Part shown: positions 27,352 to 36,985 of the stretch, piece by piece
How the letters are laid out: each line of letters starts with the position of its first letter
Position numbering within the stretch: the stretch's first letter is position 1
From: a virus
Lineage: Duplodnaviria > Caudoviricetes
Strand: one strand, 5' to 3'
DNA: 40,372 nt
Virus record (IMG/VR): IMGVR_UViG_3300021368_002115
Coordinates: 1-40,372 of that record
The notes under the pieces: model-generated
What the model saw: only the letters and a program-made list of their open reading frames with translations
Told to the model about the DNA's origin: nothing
Databases searched by the model: none
Position numbers and translations under genes: made by a program

Positions 27352-27732
27352 ATGATTTCAATGAAAAAACTATTAAATGAAGATAAAAAGTACTGTGAAG
27401 AGTACTTTGTTGAAAACTATCACGATATAAAAGAATTCTGTGAATTCATTGAATCGTATAAATCTGATATTAACGAAGCCGAATACCAAGGTAGAAAAGT
27501 AAAACTTGGTAAACCCATGAGAGGTGATGTTAAGAAATTCAAAGTATATGTTAAAAATCCCCAAGGTAATGTAGTAAAAGTAAACTTTGGTCACAAAGGT
27601 AAAGGTGGAGAGAAAACAATGAAAATTAAAAAATCTAATCCTGAAAGAAGAAAATCTTTTAGGGCTAGACATAACTGTGATTCTCCAGGACCAAGACACA
27701 AAGCTAGATACTGGTCATGTAGAGCGTGGTAA
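27352..27732 (+). CDS. Basic phage protein with RKSFRARHNC..ARYWSC..W domain behind an acidic leader
   Basis: Good SD; leader MISMKKLLNE; the basic Cys/His domain begins after DINE. Confidence 0.75.
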   Translation: MISMKKLLNEDKKYCEEYFVENYHDIKEFCEFIESYKSDINEAEYQGRKVKLGKPMRGDVKKFKVYVKNPQGNVVKVNFGHKGKGGEKTMKIKKSNPERRKSFRARHNCDSPGPRHKARYWSCRAW

Positions 27733-27768
27733 AAACAAATTAAGGTTATAAATTAAAATAGGAACAAA

Positions 27769-29493
27769 ATGGCAGATACTTCATTTTTCGGCAGACTTAC
27801 AAAACTCTTTCGTTCTCAAGCGGTAGTTACTATCGATAAGGACGGAAAGAGAAAAGTATTTGATGGTGATGAAAGACAACAAACAAACTTATCATCATTA
27901 AGAGACCGATATACTAAATTACAGAAATCCTTTTTTGAACAAGCAGGTGGTGCTCAATCAATGGCATACCAACAAGTTCGTAGAGAGGTATTTAGAGATT
28001 ATGATGCAATGGACAATGACCCAATATTAGCATCAGCACTAGATATATACGCAGATGAATGTACATTAAAGAATGAATTCGGTGATGTACTACTTATTCA
28101 ATCAGAAAATCAAAAAGTACAAGAAATATTACAGAACTTATTCTACGATGTATTAAACGTAGAATTTAATCTTTGGCCTTGGACAAGAAACTTGGTAAAG
28201 TATGGAGACTTCTTCTTAGGTTTAGAAGTTGCAGAAGGTAAGGGTGTTGTAAATGCAACACCTCATTCAGTTTACAATACAGAAAGATTAGAAAGAACAG
28301 ACCCATCAAATCCAAATTCAGTAAAGTTTAAGATTACTGAGGACCCGAATGGAAAAGAAGAATATGAAAACTTTGAAATTGCTCACTTTAGGTTGTTAGC
28401 AGATACTAACTGGTTACCATATGGTAAATCTATGATTGAGAATGGTAGAAGATTGTGGAAACAATTATCTCTAATGGAAGATGCTATGTTAATCCATAGA
28501 ATCATGAGAGCACCTGAAAAGAGAGTTTTCAAAATTGATATTGGTAATATCCCACCAACAGAAGTGGATAACTATATGCAGAGAATCATCAACAAGATGA
28601 AGAAAGTTCCTTTCATCGATAGAAATACTGGTGATTATAACTTGAAGTACAATATGCAAAATCTAACTGAAGATTTTTACTTACCAGTTAGAGGTGGAGA
28701 TAGTGGAACACAAATCGATAACCTTGCAGGTTTAGAATACGCTACTATTGAAGATATTGATTACTTAAAAAATAAAATGTTTGCGGCGTTAAAGATTCCA
28801 AAAGCATATTTAGGATACGAAGAAAACATCAATGGTAAAGCTACATTAGCGGCCGAGGATGTTAGATTTGCAAGAACTATCGAGAGAATCCAAAGAACAC
28901 TTATTTCAGAATTATCTAAAATTGCCATTGTACATTTATATGCTCAAGGGATTCAAGATTCAGAAATGGTTAACTTTGAATTACAACTGGTCAACCCTTC
29001 TACAATTTACGAACAAGAAAAAGTAAACTTGTGGAGTGAAAAAATCAGATTGGCTCAAGATATTCAAGGATTAAATATGTTATCTAAAGACTGGGTATAT
29101 GAAAATATCTTTAAGTTAAGTGGTGGTGAACAAAATGATGAAAGAACCAAGATGCTTAATGACTTGAAAGATAGATTCAGATTCCGTTCTATTGAAGATG
29201 AAGGAAATGACCCTGCGATGGAAGATGAACCAGATGATATTGAAGAATCATTGGAACAACTTAAGCAGGAAATCAAAGATAAAGGTGGTAGACCGAGGGA
29301 AGGTGGAACTTATGGAAAAGATAAACACCCACTTGGTAGAGACCCCCTTGGTGATAAGGAAAGAACCAAAAAAAGAAGTAGAACTTCCGAAGAAAAGGCA
29401 ATAAAAATGATTAATGGAATTGCCTCTAAACGTAAATATTTACATGAAGTCAAAGGTATGTTAGATGAATCTAACTTACTTGACAGTGAGTAA
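27769..29493 (+). CDS. Portal protein (T4 gp20-like)
   Basis: LMEDAMLIHRIMRAPEKRVFKIDIGN, EDFYLPVRGG and ALKIP motifs. Confidence 0.95.
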   Translation: MADTSFFGRLTKLFRSQAVVTIDKDGKRKVFDGDERQQTNLSSLRDRYTKLQKSFFEQAGGAQSMAYQQVRREVFRDYDAMDNDPILASALDIYADECTLKNEFGDVLLIQSENQKVQEILQNLFYDVLNVEFNLWPWTRNLVKYGDFFLGLEVAEGKGVVNATPHSVYNTERLERTDPSNPNSVKFKITEDPNGKEEYENFEIAHFRLLADTNWLPYGKSMIENGRRLWKQLSLMEDAMLIHRIMRAPEKRVFKIDIGNIPPTEVDNYMQRIINKMKKVPFIDRNTGDYNLKYNMQNLTEDFYLPVRGGDSGTQIDNLAGLEYATIEDIDYLKNKMFAALKIPKAYLGYEENINGKATLAAEDVRFARTIERIQRTLISELSKIAIVHLYAQGIQDSEMVNFELQLVNPSTIYEQEKVNLWSEKIRLAQDIQGLNMLSKDWVYENIFKLSGGEQNDERTKMLNDLKDRFRFRSIEDEGNDPAMEDEPDDIEESLEQLKQEIKDKGGRPREGGTYGKDKHPLGRDPLGDKERTKKRSRTSEEKAIKMINGIASKRKYLHEVKGMLDESNLLDSE

Positions 29494-29517
29494 AAATGAT
29501 TAATCTTTTATAAATTT

Positions 29518-29526
29518 ATATTTATA
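29518..29526 (+). promoter_or_regulatory. ATATTTATA motif, candidate late promoter
   Basis: In the gap after the portal gene. Confidence 0.55.
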
Positions 29527-29566
29527 ATAGAGTAATTTTATATATTTGTAATTGGAAATTGTAAAA

Positions 29567-30436
29567 ATGAAAAAAATAAGACATTCAAAATTTAAGAATA
29601 CGGGTTTTCTATTCGAAATACTAACTCGTCAAATTACAGTCGAAGTCTTAAATGGTAGTGAGGAGAAAGCAAAAGAAATCGTAAGAGAATTCTTTGGTGG
29701 AAAAACTGAATTATCAAAAGAACTTAGACTGTTTAATTTATTAATAAACGAAAAATATAATACAGAATCAAAAGCTGAAAAGTTTATTGATGCTATATTA
29801 GAAGCACATACTAAAATTGATTACTCAAAACTGAAAAGAGAGAAATACAACCTTGTAAAGTCAATCAAAGAAACTTTTGAAATTGGAAACCTCTTATCTT
29901 CTCCAGTTACCAATTACAAAATTTTGGCTTCTATACATAAATTATTCGAAGGAAAGAAAAACGATATTCTTCAAGTAAAAGATGTCTTTGACTCTAAAAT
30001 TACTATCATTGAGCATATTTCCAACTCAACTCCAACTCTTAAGAAAAAAGAGGAAAAGCTTGTTGAAGATTACAAAAAACAAGAAAAAGATTTAAGATTA
30101 CTTACTTATAAAATTCTTGTAGAAACATTTAACAAGAAATATACTAACTTAGATGCCTCTCAAAAGGGTTTATTAAGAGAGTATATTAATAACATAACTA
30201 ATACATCTAAATTTGGTACTTACTTTGAAAAAGAACTTATAAGTACAATTACTGAATTACATAGTTTGTATAAGAATATGGATGATAAGATTACAAAAAT
30301 TAAATTGCGTGAAACTATTAACGTTTTGAAAAAACAAAAAATCGGTAAGAAAATTAACGATGACCAAGTTTCAGCTTTAATGATGTCTTATGAGTTGATT
30401 AAGGAGATAAAAAATGTCAATGGAAAAAAATCTTAA
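29567..30436 (+). CDS. Helical hypothetical protein in the head module
   Basis: Long ORF directly after portal; ATG 29567 (MKKIRHSKFKNTG) preferred to TTG 29552. Confidence 0.75.
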   Translation: MKKIRHSKFKNTGFLFEILTRQITVEVLNGSEEKAKEIVREFFGGKTELSKELRLFNLLINEKYNTESKAEKFIDAILEAHTKIDYSKLKREKYNLVKSIKETFEIGNLLSSPVTNYKILASIHKLFEGKKNDILQVKDVFDSKITIIEHISNSTPTLKKKEEKLVEDYKKQEKDLRLLTYKILVETFNKKYTNLDASQKGLLREYINNITNTSKFGTYFEKELISTITELHSLYKNMDDKITKIKLRETINVLKKQKIGKKINDDQVSALMMSYELIKEIKNVNGKKS

Positions 30437-31112
30437 TAATTTTATTGATGAACTAATTCAAGAAATTGAAAAAGAATTAGATGAAGCAACAACTACCGCT
30501 AATGTGGCAGGTTATAATGTACCTGGTGCTTTTTCTGATGGTGGTAGAAAAGATAAGAAAAGAAAGAAAAAGATTGCAACTCAATTCGGATATAAGATTG
30601 TTGGTAAAATGGATGAAGCCTCTGATTCAGAAATTAAAAAATCTATAAAGAAAAATTCAAAAGGTGGCCCATATTCTGTTGTAGTTCAGAAGGGAAACAT
30701 GAGTAAACATATTTCTCATTCCCAAGATGTTGGTAATGATGTTGATAAAACAATAAAAGTATATAATCAATTTAAGAAAAAACATAGAGCAGGTGTCCAA
30801 ATCATTGATGGATATGGTAAAACTGTATTTTTTGAATCGATAAATGAAGCAAAAGTAAAAAGACCAGTTAATCGTTGGTTAGAATTAAAAAACGATGAAA
30901 CAATGCATCCTCATAAGAAGATGGCAATGGGATTAAAAGAATTAAAATACCAGCTAAGAGAAACTGAAAAGTTTTTCAATTGGTACAATAAAATAAAAAC
31001 TATGAATGAGTTAGATTCTGATAACTATTGGAAAAGAACAAATAGACATATTTATAGTATAAAAGAGAAACTTATCAATATAGCCAAGACAATACAGGAG
31101 ATTGAAAAATGA
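30414..31112 (+). CDS. Modular putative prohead core/internal protein
   Basis: AAGGAG SD; modules split by ELDE, KMDE and ESINE. Confidence 0.7.
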   Translation: MSMEKNLNNFIDELIQEIEKELDEATTTANVAGYNVPGAFSDGGRKDKKRKKKIATQFGYKIVGKMDEASDSEIKKSIKKNSKGGPYSVVVQKGNMSKHISHSQDVGNDVDKTIKVYNQFKKKHRAGVQIIDGYGKTVFFESINEAKVKRPVNRWLELKNDETMHPHKKMAMGLKELKYQLRETEKFFNWYNKIKTMNELDSDNYWKRTNRHIYSIKEKLINIAKTIQEIEK

Positions 31113-31579
31113 AAATAAAAAGAGAACACTTAAAAAATATAGTTAGAGAAACTATGATTGAAGAAAGTGAATACCAAGAATTCTTCAAAAAGGCTTTAGA
31201 AAAAGCTGGTAAATCTATTCCATCAATGTCTGATGAAGAAAAAAAGGAATTCTTTAACAAGATTGAAAAAACTTGGAAGGGTAGAGGAGAAAAAAAGAAT
31301 GAAGGTAATGCGTTTGGAGCTGCTGTTGCAAAAGCTAAAAAAGATGGTGATGATTCATTTGAGGTAGATGGTAAGGAATATAAGGTAGAATCGGTAAACG
31401 AAGGTAAGTTCAGAAAAGAAGAAAGAATGCTGAAAACCCTTGCAAGTGTAGTCAAAATTGATTTTTCTGAAGCACTTGAAGTATTAGAAGAAGATGGTGT
31501 TCTTGAAGCAATGGACCATTTAGAACATGCTATTGAAAGAATCAAGGATGTTCATAAAATATTAAAAAGAAAATCATAA
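31109..31579 (+). CDS. Modular putative prohead core/internal protein
   Basis: AGGAG SD; modules EYQEFFKKAL.., NE-GNAFGAAVAKAK..FEVDGKEYKV, ESVNE-GKFR. Confidence 0.7.
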   Translation: MKIKREHLKNIVRETMIEESEYQEFFKKALEKAGKSIPSMSDEEKKEFFNKIEKTWKGRGEKKNEGNAFGAAVAKAKKDGDDSFEVDGKEYKVESVNEGKFRKEERMLKTLASVVKIDFSEALEVLEEDGVLEAMDHLEHAIERIKDVHKILKRKS

Positions 31580-31756
31580 ATGACTAAAAGAGAATTATAT
31601 GATATCATTAATGAAGAAATCCAAAATGTAAAATTGGATAGAATCACAGAAGAAATCACGAATGAAGATGAAAAACTTATTCGTGAATTAATTCGTCAAG
31701 AGGTATCTGCAATTTTCTTTGATTTATTTAAGAAACGTAAAATGTGGGGAGCATAA
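31580..31756 (+). CDS. Small protein (58 aa), below the ORF-track cutoff
   Basis: MTKRELYDIINEEIQ..FDLFKKRKMWGA; abuts the upstream stop and overlaps the protease start as TAATG. Confidence 0.7.
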   Translation: MTKRELYDIINEEIQNVKLDRITEEITNEDEKLIRELIRQEVSAIFFDLFKKRKMWGA

Positions 31757-32349
31757 TGAGCCAATTATTAATAGAAACAAACTTGTTTGAAGGAGCAGTT
31801 AACGAAGATTCTAGTGGAAGAACTATCGTTAAAGGTATCTTACAAAGAGCAGGTGCGGAAAATCAAAATGGGAGAATATATCCAAAAGAAATTTTGATGA
31901 GAGAAGCTAAAAAGTACGAAACTCTTATTAAAGAAAGAAGAGCATTAGGTGAGTTAGACCATCCTGATTCTTCTGTAATCAACCTAAAGAATGTTTGTCA
32001 TAATGTGAGAGAGATTCATTGGGATGGTGATGATTTGATAGGAACAGTTGAGATTTTACCAACTCCATCAGGTAATATCTTAAAAGAACTACTTAAGGCT
32101 GGTATTTTATTAGGTATATCATCAAGAGGTATGGGTTCAGTAGAACCTTTATCAGGTGGTAAAGTACAAGTTGGTGAAGATTTTGAATTGATTGGTTGGG
32201 ATTTTGTATCTAACCCATCAACTCATGGAGCATTTATGACTCCAATGAATGAATCTGTGAATAGACAACTTATTCAACAAACTGAAGTTTGTAATGAATG
32301 GTGTAAAGCACAGAACATGATGAGAGAAATTATAACAGAATTAAATTAA
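31756..32349 (+). CDS. Prohead core protease (T4 gp21-like)
   Basis: NQNGRIYP, GELDHP, GISSRGMGS and WDFVSNPS motifs; start ATG 31756. Confidence 0.95.
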   Translation: MSQLLIETNLFEGAVNEDSSGRTIVKGILQRAGAENQNGRIYPKEILMREAKKYETLIKERRALGELDHPDSSVINLKNVCHNVREIHWDGDDLIGTVEILPTPSGNILKELLKAGILLGISSRGMGSVEPLSGGKVQVGEDFELIGWDFVSNPSTHGAFMTPMNESVNRQLIQQTEVCNEWCKAQNMMREIITELN

Positions 32350-32353
32350 GGTT

Positions 32354-32539
32354 ATGGGATTTAGTATTCAAGACTATATGTCTAAAAATAAGATTAAACT
32401 AGGTGAGGTTGAACGAGAAATTGGTTCTAACCCTGCTAAAAGTTATAACGATATTCGTAAAACTAACTATGAAGTCAAAATTAATGATGATGGGAAGTTA
32501 GACCTTTACACACATACAAAAGAAATTAAAAAATTATAA
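32354..32539 (+). CDS. Small hypothetical protein (61 aa)
   Basis: Fits the operon packing; TAAGGT upstream. Confidence 0.6.
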   Translation: MGFSIQDYMSKNKIKLGEVEREIGSNPAKSYNDIRKTNYEVKINDDGKLDLYTHTKEIKKL

Positions 32540-32552
32540 TAGGAGAAACATT

Positions 32553-32702
32553 ATGCCACTAGGAGATTTAACACCACAGAAAGAAACTCAACCAGTTGAA
32601 AACAAATCAATTGTAATTGGTGGAGTTCCACAAACAAAAACAAAAATTTACAATACTGGCCAAGAAAATATTGGTGGTGTTGGTGAAGTAAACAAGGGAT
32701 AA
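32553..32702 (+). CDS. Small protein (49 aa), below the ORF-track cutoff
   Basis: AGGAGA SD, then MPLGDLTPQKETQPVENK..GEVNKG; fills the gap exactly. Confidence 0.65.
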   Translation: MPLGDLTPQKETQPVENKSIVIGGVPQTKTKIYNTGQENIGGVGEVNKG

Positions 32703-32706
32703 TAAA

Positions 32707-33825
32707 ATGATTAAACTAGGTAACCTTATCAAAGAAGCAGATGTATTTACTGCTACAAGTAAAGAAACTGGTACAACTTCTGTATTCAAATCTAAAGATG
32801 CAAGAGATGCCGCAATCAAAGCTGGAACTCACGAAAAAAGAAAAGATGATAAGGATGGTGCAGTTAAAGACCCAACAGATAAACCTAAAGTAAACATATT
32901 CAACAAAGATAAAGAAGAACCTAAAAAGGATGAACCTAAAGATGATGGTAGACCAAAAGATTCAACTGGTGGTAGAGTAGGTAATCCTGAAGTAAACAAA
33001 GCAGTTCGTAAGAAAGCACAAAGTTTAGGAATCACTCCACAAAAATTAGGTAAAGAAGAATACGAAAGTAGAATGAAAAAAGCAGCAATTGAAGCTTTAA
33101 CTGATTCAAACTTCCATTCTGAAGCAAGAAAACTGATTTCAGTATTAGAAGATAAACCAGAATGGGCAAAAGACCCAAATCAAGACCCTAACAAACCAGA
33201 TATCTCTTCACCTGAATATGAAAAGTGGCAAAAGACAAGTGTATATTCTTCTGAATTATATGATTCAGCAGAAGGTACTGATGAAATTGCACATGAGGCA
33301 AGTAACCAAGCTGGATGGGATGGTGTATCTGCATTAGATGCAATCGCATTTGATTTGAAAATGAATGGAAGTAAAGATTTAGCACTTAAAATACAAAGTA
33401 TTATTGATGATACAAACGAATCTACAAAATTAAGTAGATTAGTACCAGAATCAATAATCAACGAAGGAACTCGTTCACAAGTTGGTATCATTGATAGAAG
33501 TGGTAAAATTGCATCAGCATATGTTCACTATGATGGATATCCATCTAATATGAAACCAGGCATTAAAAAACACATGAAGAACGAAAAAGATGTTCTTACT
33601 TTAATTAAAAGAGGTGGAGCACGAGGAATTTTCAATGATAAAGATATTGAATATTTCGATAGAAAAGAAAAACCAAGTAAAGGTAATCTTAAAGATTTTC
33701 GTAAGTATGTAGATAATGTTGATAGAAACGGTGGAGCTGAATTTGTATATTTATACAATATGAAAGATAAGAAGTGGTACTTCGCTGATGTATATGGTGA
33801 TAAAGAATTAAAAAAATTATATTAA
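32707..33825 (+). CDS. Modular putative internal head protein with C-terminal GTRS..YVHYDGYP domain
   Basis: Leader MIKLGNLIKE; linker TNE-STKLSRLVPE-SIINE before the last domain. Confidence 0.7.
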   Translation: MIKLGNLIKEADVFTATSKETGTTSVFKSKDARDAAIKAGTHEKRKDDKDGAVKDPTDKPKVNIFNKDKEEPKKDEPKDDGRPKDSTGGRVGNPEVNKAVRKKAQSLGITPQKLGKEEYESRMKKAAIEALTDSNFHSEARKLISVLEDKPEWAKDPNQDPNKPDISSPEYEKWQKTSVYSSELYDSAEGTDEIAHEASNQAGWDGVSALDAIAFDLKMNGSKDLALKIQSIIDDTNESTKLSRLVPESIINEGTRSQVGIIDRSGKIASAYVHYDGYPSNMKPGIKKHMKNEKDVLTLIKRGGARGIFNDKDIEYFDRKEKPSKGNLKDFRKYVDNVDRNGGAEFVYLYNMKDKKWYFADVYGDKELKKLY

Positions 33826-33835
33826 GGAGAGAACA

Positions 33836-34570
33836 ATGAAACTAACCCAACTATTAAAAGAAAACGAAGAAAGACCTCTATCAACAGAGGTTAAAAAACA
33901 TTTTCTTGAAATTGTTTCTACTTACAACAAGTATCAAGAATCAATGGATAGAAAATCAGATATTATTAAAGTAGCTGAAACCCTTGGTGGTATAACAGAA
34001 GCCGCTAGAACACTTGCTATCAAAGAAGCAGGTGATTGGTTCGATAAACACACAGTTAAGAGAAACATGAGTGAATTGGATAAGTTGGGTAAACAATTCG
34101 ATAAAGTTGCTCTTGAGGCTCGTGCACTTGACCAAAGAATGGGTGGATTATACGAAGATATGGGACACATCCTTTCAAGATACTATAAATTCGGTGAGAT
34201 TACTGAAGATGAAATGAGAAACAGATTAGGTATCAAAGAATCATCTGAACCATGTGGTTGTGGTGGTGAATGTGGATGTAGTGAATCAGTAAACGAACAA
34301 GCAGTAGTTGTTTCTAAGAGAACTGAAAACGGAAATATTGTTTCAGTTGTAAAAGAAGAAAAAGATTTGAACGAACAAGAAACTGCTTTGTATGAGTTCG
34401 GTAAAAAATTTGAAACCCTAATGGAAAAAAATTGTCCAACCGATGCATCTAAGTGGTCTTACTACAAATCACAAGCTAAAAAGAAATTTGATGTTTATCC
34501 TTCGGCATATGCTAATGGATGGGCAGCTAAACAATATAAAGGTGCTGGAGGAAGTTGGAAAAAATGTTAA
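33836..34570 (+). CDS. Modular putative internal head protein
   Basis: AAGGAG SD; leader MKLTQLLKE; coiled-coil, CGCGGECGC, ESVNE linker, terminal KFDVYPSAYANGW..YKGAGGSW module. Confidence 0.7.
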   Translation: MKLTQLLKENEERPLSTEVKKHFLEIVSTYNKYQESMDRKSDIIKVAETLGGITEAARTLAIKEAGDWFDKHTVKRNMSELDKLGKQFDKVALEARALDQRMGGLYEDMGHILSRYYKFGEITEDEMRNRLGIKESSEPCGCGGECGCSESVNEQAVVVSKRTENGNIVSVVKEEKDLNEQETALYEFGKKFETLMEKNCPTDASKWSYYKSQAKKKFDVYPSAYANGWAAKQYKGAGGSWKKC

Positions 34571-35967
34571 TTCAAGAAAGATTTAAGTCACCTGATAAGG
34601 TATTTGAGAAAGTATATGGTATCTTTGATAAAAGAGACTATTTCAATACCCTAGGTTTAGCAAAAGTACAAATTCGTAACTTTGAAAATTTCTTGAAAAA
34701 AGGTGATAAGAATGCACAAGCACTATTAGATAAGTTCAAAGGTGATAATAAAAAAGCCCATGAATACATCATTCAAGTAATCCACGATAGACAGAAAGAA
34801 CAAGCATTCGAAGATTTCAAAGCATTCAAATCAGCAGTAAATAAATTAGAATTAGTTTCTAAGGGTAAATCTAAAGAAGCTTATGGAGCTGCAGATTTAG
34901 TTAAGAGTAGAGCTCATAACAATTCACAAAAATATACAATGGCTCTTTACAGTGCAATTCGTAAACAAAAGTTTAACAACTACAAAGATATTCATAAAGA
35001 TGTGGATGATTTACTTGCTAAGAATGAAGGATTCTCATCAGATGCTCAAAGAAAAGCAGCATTTGCAAATGGATACGAAGAAAAAGGTAAGAAGAAAAAC
35101 GAATCAGTAAACGAAGCAATTAAATATAATAAGGATGGATTTGTTACCAAACTGGAAAATGAGGCTGGAAAAGTTGTAAAAGATATTCAGATAGATGGCG
35201 AGAAATTTGTACTAAAGGGAAATAAATATGTTTCCAAAAAAGGTGGTAAAGATTTACATAAATCTCATTTTGGTATTAAAGAATCTGTAAACGAAAATAG
35301 ATTTTTGGATGCTTTGAAAGATTTTTTCAGAAAGGAAGAACCTACATTTGGCCAAATGGCGAAAAGATATAAAAAGAAATCCGATTTTATCAAATGGTTT
35401 GTTAAATCACAAGCAAAGCAAGGTGTAGTATTCAAAAAGGATGGTTATGGTGCCTACATGATGAATAGAATGGGTAGAATTTGGGATAGAGTACATGGTA
35501 AACCAGAAGATAAAAAGTATGTAGGTGAATCAGTAAACGAAGCAATGAGACCATCACAAGTTCGTTCAGCAATCTCAAAGGTTAAAAAAGGACTAATGAG
35601 AAAGTGGAAACAAAAAGGTGGATACGAAAACTTCGGACAAAAAGAACTTTCTCAAATGAAAGATAAGTTTGATTACAATCCATATGGTTCATCTGATGAA
35701 AGACAGATTTCAAAGATGTTAGACGGATTTGATGATTGGGCAATGAACTACGATGGTAATATGAGAGAAGGTAAGAAAAGATTCAAAAGACAAGATGGTA
35801 TTGGTAAAGCAAAATACACTATCTCTTACCATGATGGAAAAAAGAAACACAAAGATGGTAGTGATTTCTTTGATATCAAAATCTTCAAAAACAAAAAAGA
35901 TTTAAGTGATTTTGTTGGTTCACTTGTAAAACAAGGATATAAACTAACAAATGAATCAGTAAACGAA
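34283..35967 (+). repeat. Dispersed 15-bp repeat GAATCAGTAAACGAA encoding ESVNE
   Basis: Exact copies at 34283, 35101, 35527 and 35953; one-mismatch copies at 35281 and 31388; weaker copy (ESINE) at 30834. The 35101 and 35527 copies share 20 bp. Confidence 0.85.
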
Positions 35968-36384
35968 TCAGCAAGTAAGGAAGCAATGGGTATTGCAGCA
36001 TTAACTGGTACTCGTGGTTCTGCAGTTCAAGATTTCATTGATAAGAATAGAATCAACTCAAGAAAACTATTCAACGCTTTGAAGAAAGCAAACCTACAAG
36101 GTAGAATCAACTTCGCATCTGCATTGGCTGGTAAACCTAATAATCCAAATGCAAGACTTACCAAAAAATTATTTGGTGAGGATAAAAAAGAAATTGTTGC
36201 TTTAAGAAAGAAAGCAAAATCTGAAAAGGCATTCTATGATGTACTTGATAAGATTGAAAAGAAGTATGGTAGAAGAGGATTTGAAAAATGGTTAGATAAA
36301 TCTCTAAAAGATTTGAAAATCAATCCTTCTAAATTAAAAACATCAGCTGATAAACAAGAAGCATTATTTCAGGCAAAATTATAA
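34564..36384 (+). CDS. Basic cassette polyprotein (about 8 small modules, four ESVNE linkers)
   Basis: GGAGG upstream of ATG 34564; unrelated short basic modules separated by Glu-ended linkers. Confidence 0.75.
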   Translation: MLIQERFKSPDKVFEKVYGIFDKRDYFNTLGLAKVQIRNFENFLKKGDKNAQALLDKFKGDNKKAHEYIIQVIHDRQKEQAFEDFKAFKSAVNKLELVSKGKSKEAYGAADLVKSRAHNNSQKYTMALYSAIRKQKFNNYKDIHKDVDDLLAKNEGFSSDAQRKAAFANGYEEKGKKKNESVNEAIKYNKDGFVTKLENEAGKVVKDIQIDGEKFVLKGNKYVSKKGGKDLHKSHFGIKESVNENRFLDALKDFFRKEEPTFGQMAKRYKKKSDFIKWFVKSQAKQGVVFKKDGYGAYMMNRMGRIWDRVHGKPEDKKYVGESVNEAMRPSQVRSAISKVKKGLMRKWKQKGGYENFGQKELSQMKDKFDYNPYGSSDERQISKMLDGFDDWAMNYDGNMREGKKRFKRQDGIGKAKYTISYHDGKKKHKDGSDFFDIKIFKNKKDLSDFVGSLVKQGYKLTNESVNESASKEAMGIAALTGTRGSAVQDFIDKNRINSRKLFNALKKANLQGRINFASALAGKPNNPNARLTKKLFGEDKKEIVALRKKAKSEKAFYDVLDKIEKKYGRRGFEKWLDKSLKDLKINPSKLKTSADKQEALFQAKL

Positions 36385-36385
36385 T

Positions 36386-36595
36386 ATGAAACTAAAAGAT
36401 TTATTACCAGAAGGATTTGTAGTAATGTACAAAATAAGAAAAGACCTAAAGAATATGAATATAGGTCCAGCTCAGGCATGGTATAAAGATAAATCCGATG
36501 CAGAAAAGTTTTTGAAATCGGTTGAGAAAGATGGTGGTAAGGGAATGATTGTAAAAGATAAAGCACCAAAATCAAAAATCGATAGAGGAATATAA
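36386..36595 (+). CDS. Small basic protein with MKLKDLLPE leader
   Basis: Operon packing and the shared N-terminal leader. Confidence 0.65.
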   Translation: MKLKDLLPEGFVVMYKIRKDLKNMNIGPAQAWYKDKSDAEKFLKSVEKDGGKGMIVKDKAPKSKIDRGI

Positions 36596-36939
36596 TGAAA
36601 CTCCAAGATATCATAGATGAAATATTCGAAGAAACCACAAATGAAGATTTGAAAAATTGGTTCAAACAAAAGTGGGTGAATATTGGCAAGAAAGATAAGA
36701 GTGGTAAACACCCACCTTGTGGAACAAGTGGTGATAAGAAAGGATATGCGAAATGTGTACCTGCTTCTAAAGCCAAATCTATGACTAAGAAAGAAAAAGA
36801 ATCTGCAACTCGTAGAAAAAGAGCGGCTCAAAACAAAGCAAATAGAGGTGGTAAGGCAAGTAGAGGACAAGGTAAAAAACCAATAAATGTTTCTACCCAT
36901 ACTGGTGGAAGAAAAAGTGGAACTGGTAAAGGTTCTTAA
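36595..36939 (+). CDS. Basic protein with LKNWFKQKWV..CG..YAKCVP domain (possibly DUF5872-like)
   Basis: Leader MKLQDIIDE..TTNE, then a basic Trp/Cys domain. Family name is from memory and unverified. Confidence 0.65.
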   Translation: MKLQDIIDEIFEETTNEDLKNWFKQKWVNIGKKDKSGKHPPCGTSGDKKGYAKCVPASKAKSMTKKEKESATRRKRAAQNKANRGGKASRGQGKKPINVSTHTGGRKSGTGKGS

Positions 36940-36953
36940 AAATTAAAATATAT

Positions 36954-36962
36954 ATATTTATA
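36954..36962 (+). promoter_or_regulatory. ATATTTATA motif, candidate late promoter for bS21
   Basis: 23 nt upstream of ATG 36986. Confidence 0.6.
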
Positions 36963-36985
36963 ATTGTTACACTAAATAAAGGAGA

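Noticed and set aside
29192-29404. Alternative + frame 70-aa ORF inside the portal gene
   Set aside because: Fully nested in the portal gene with no independent evidence of translation.
34283-35967. ESVNE repeat read as a CRISPR array
   Set aside because: The repeat is only 15-20 bp, spacing is long and irregular (180-820 bp), all copies are in frame within ORFs, and no cas genes are present.
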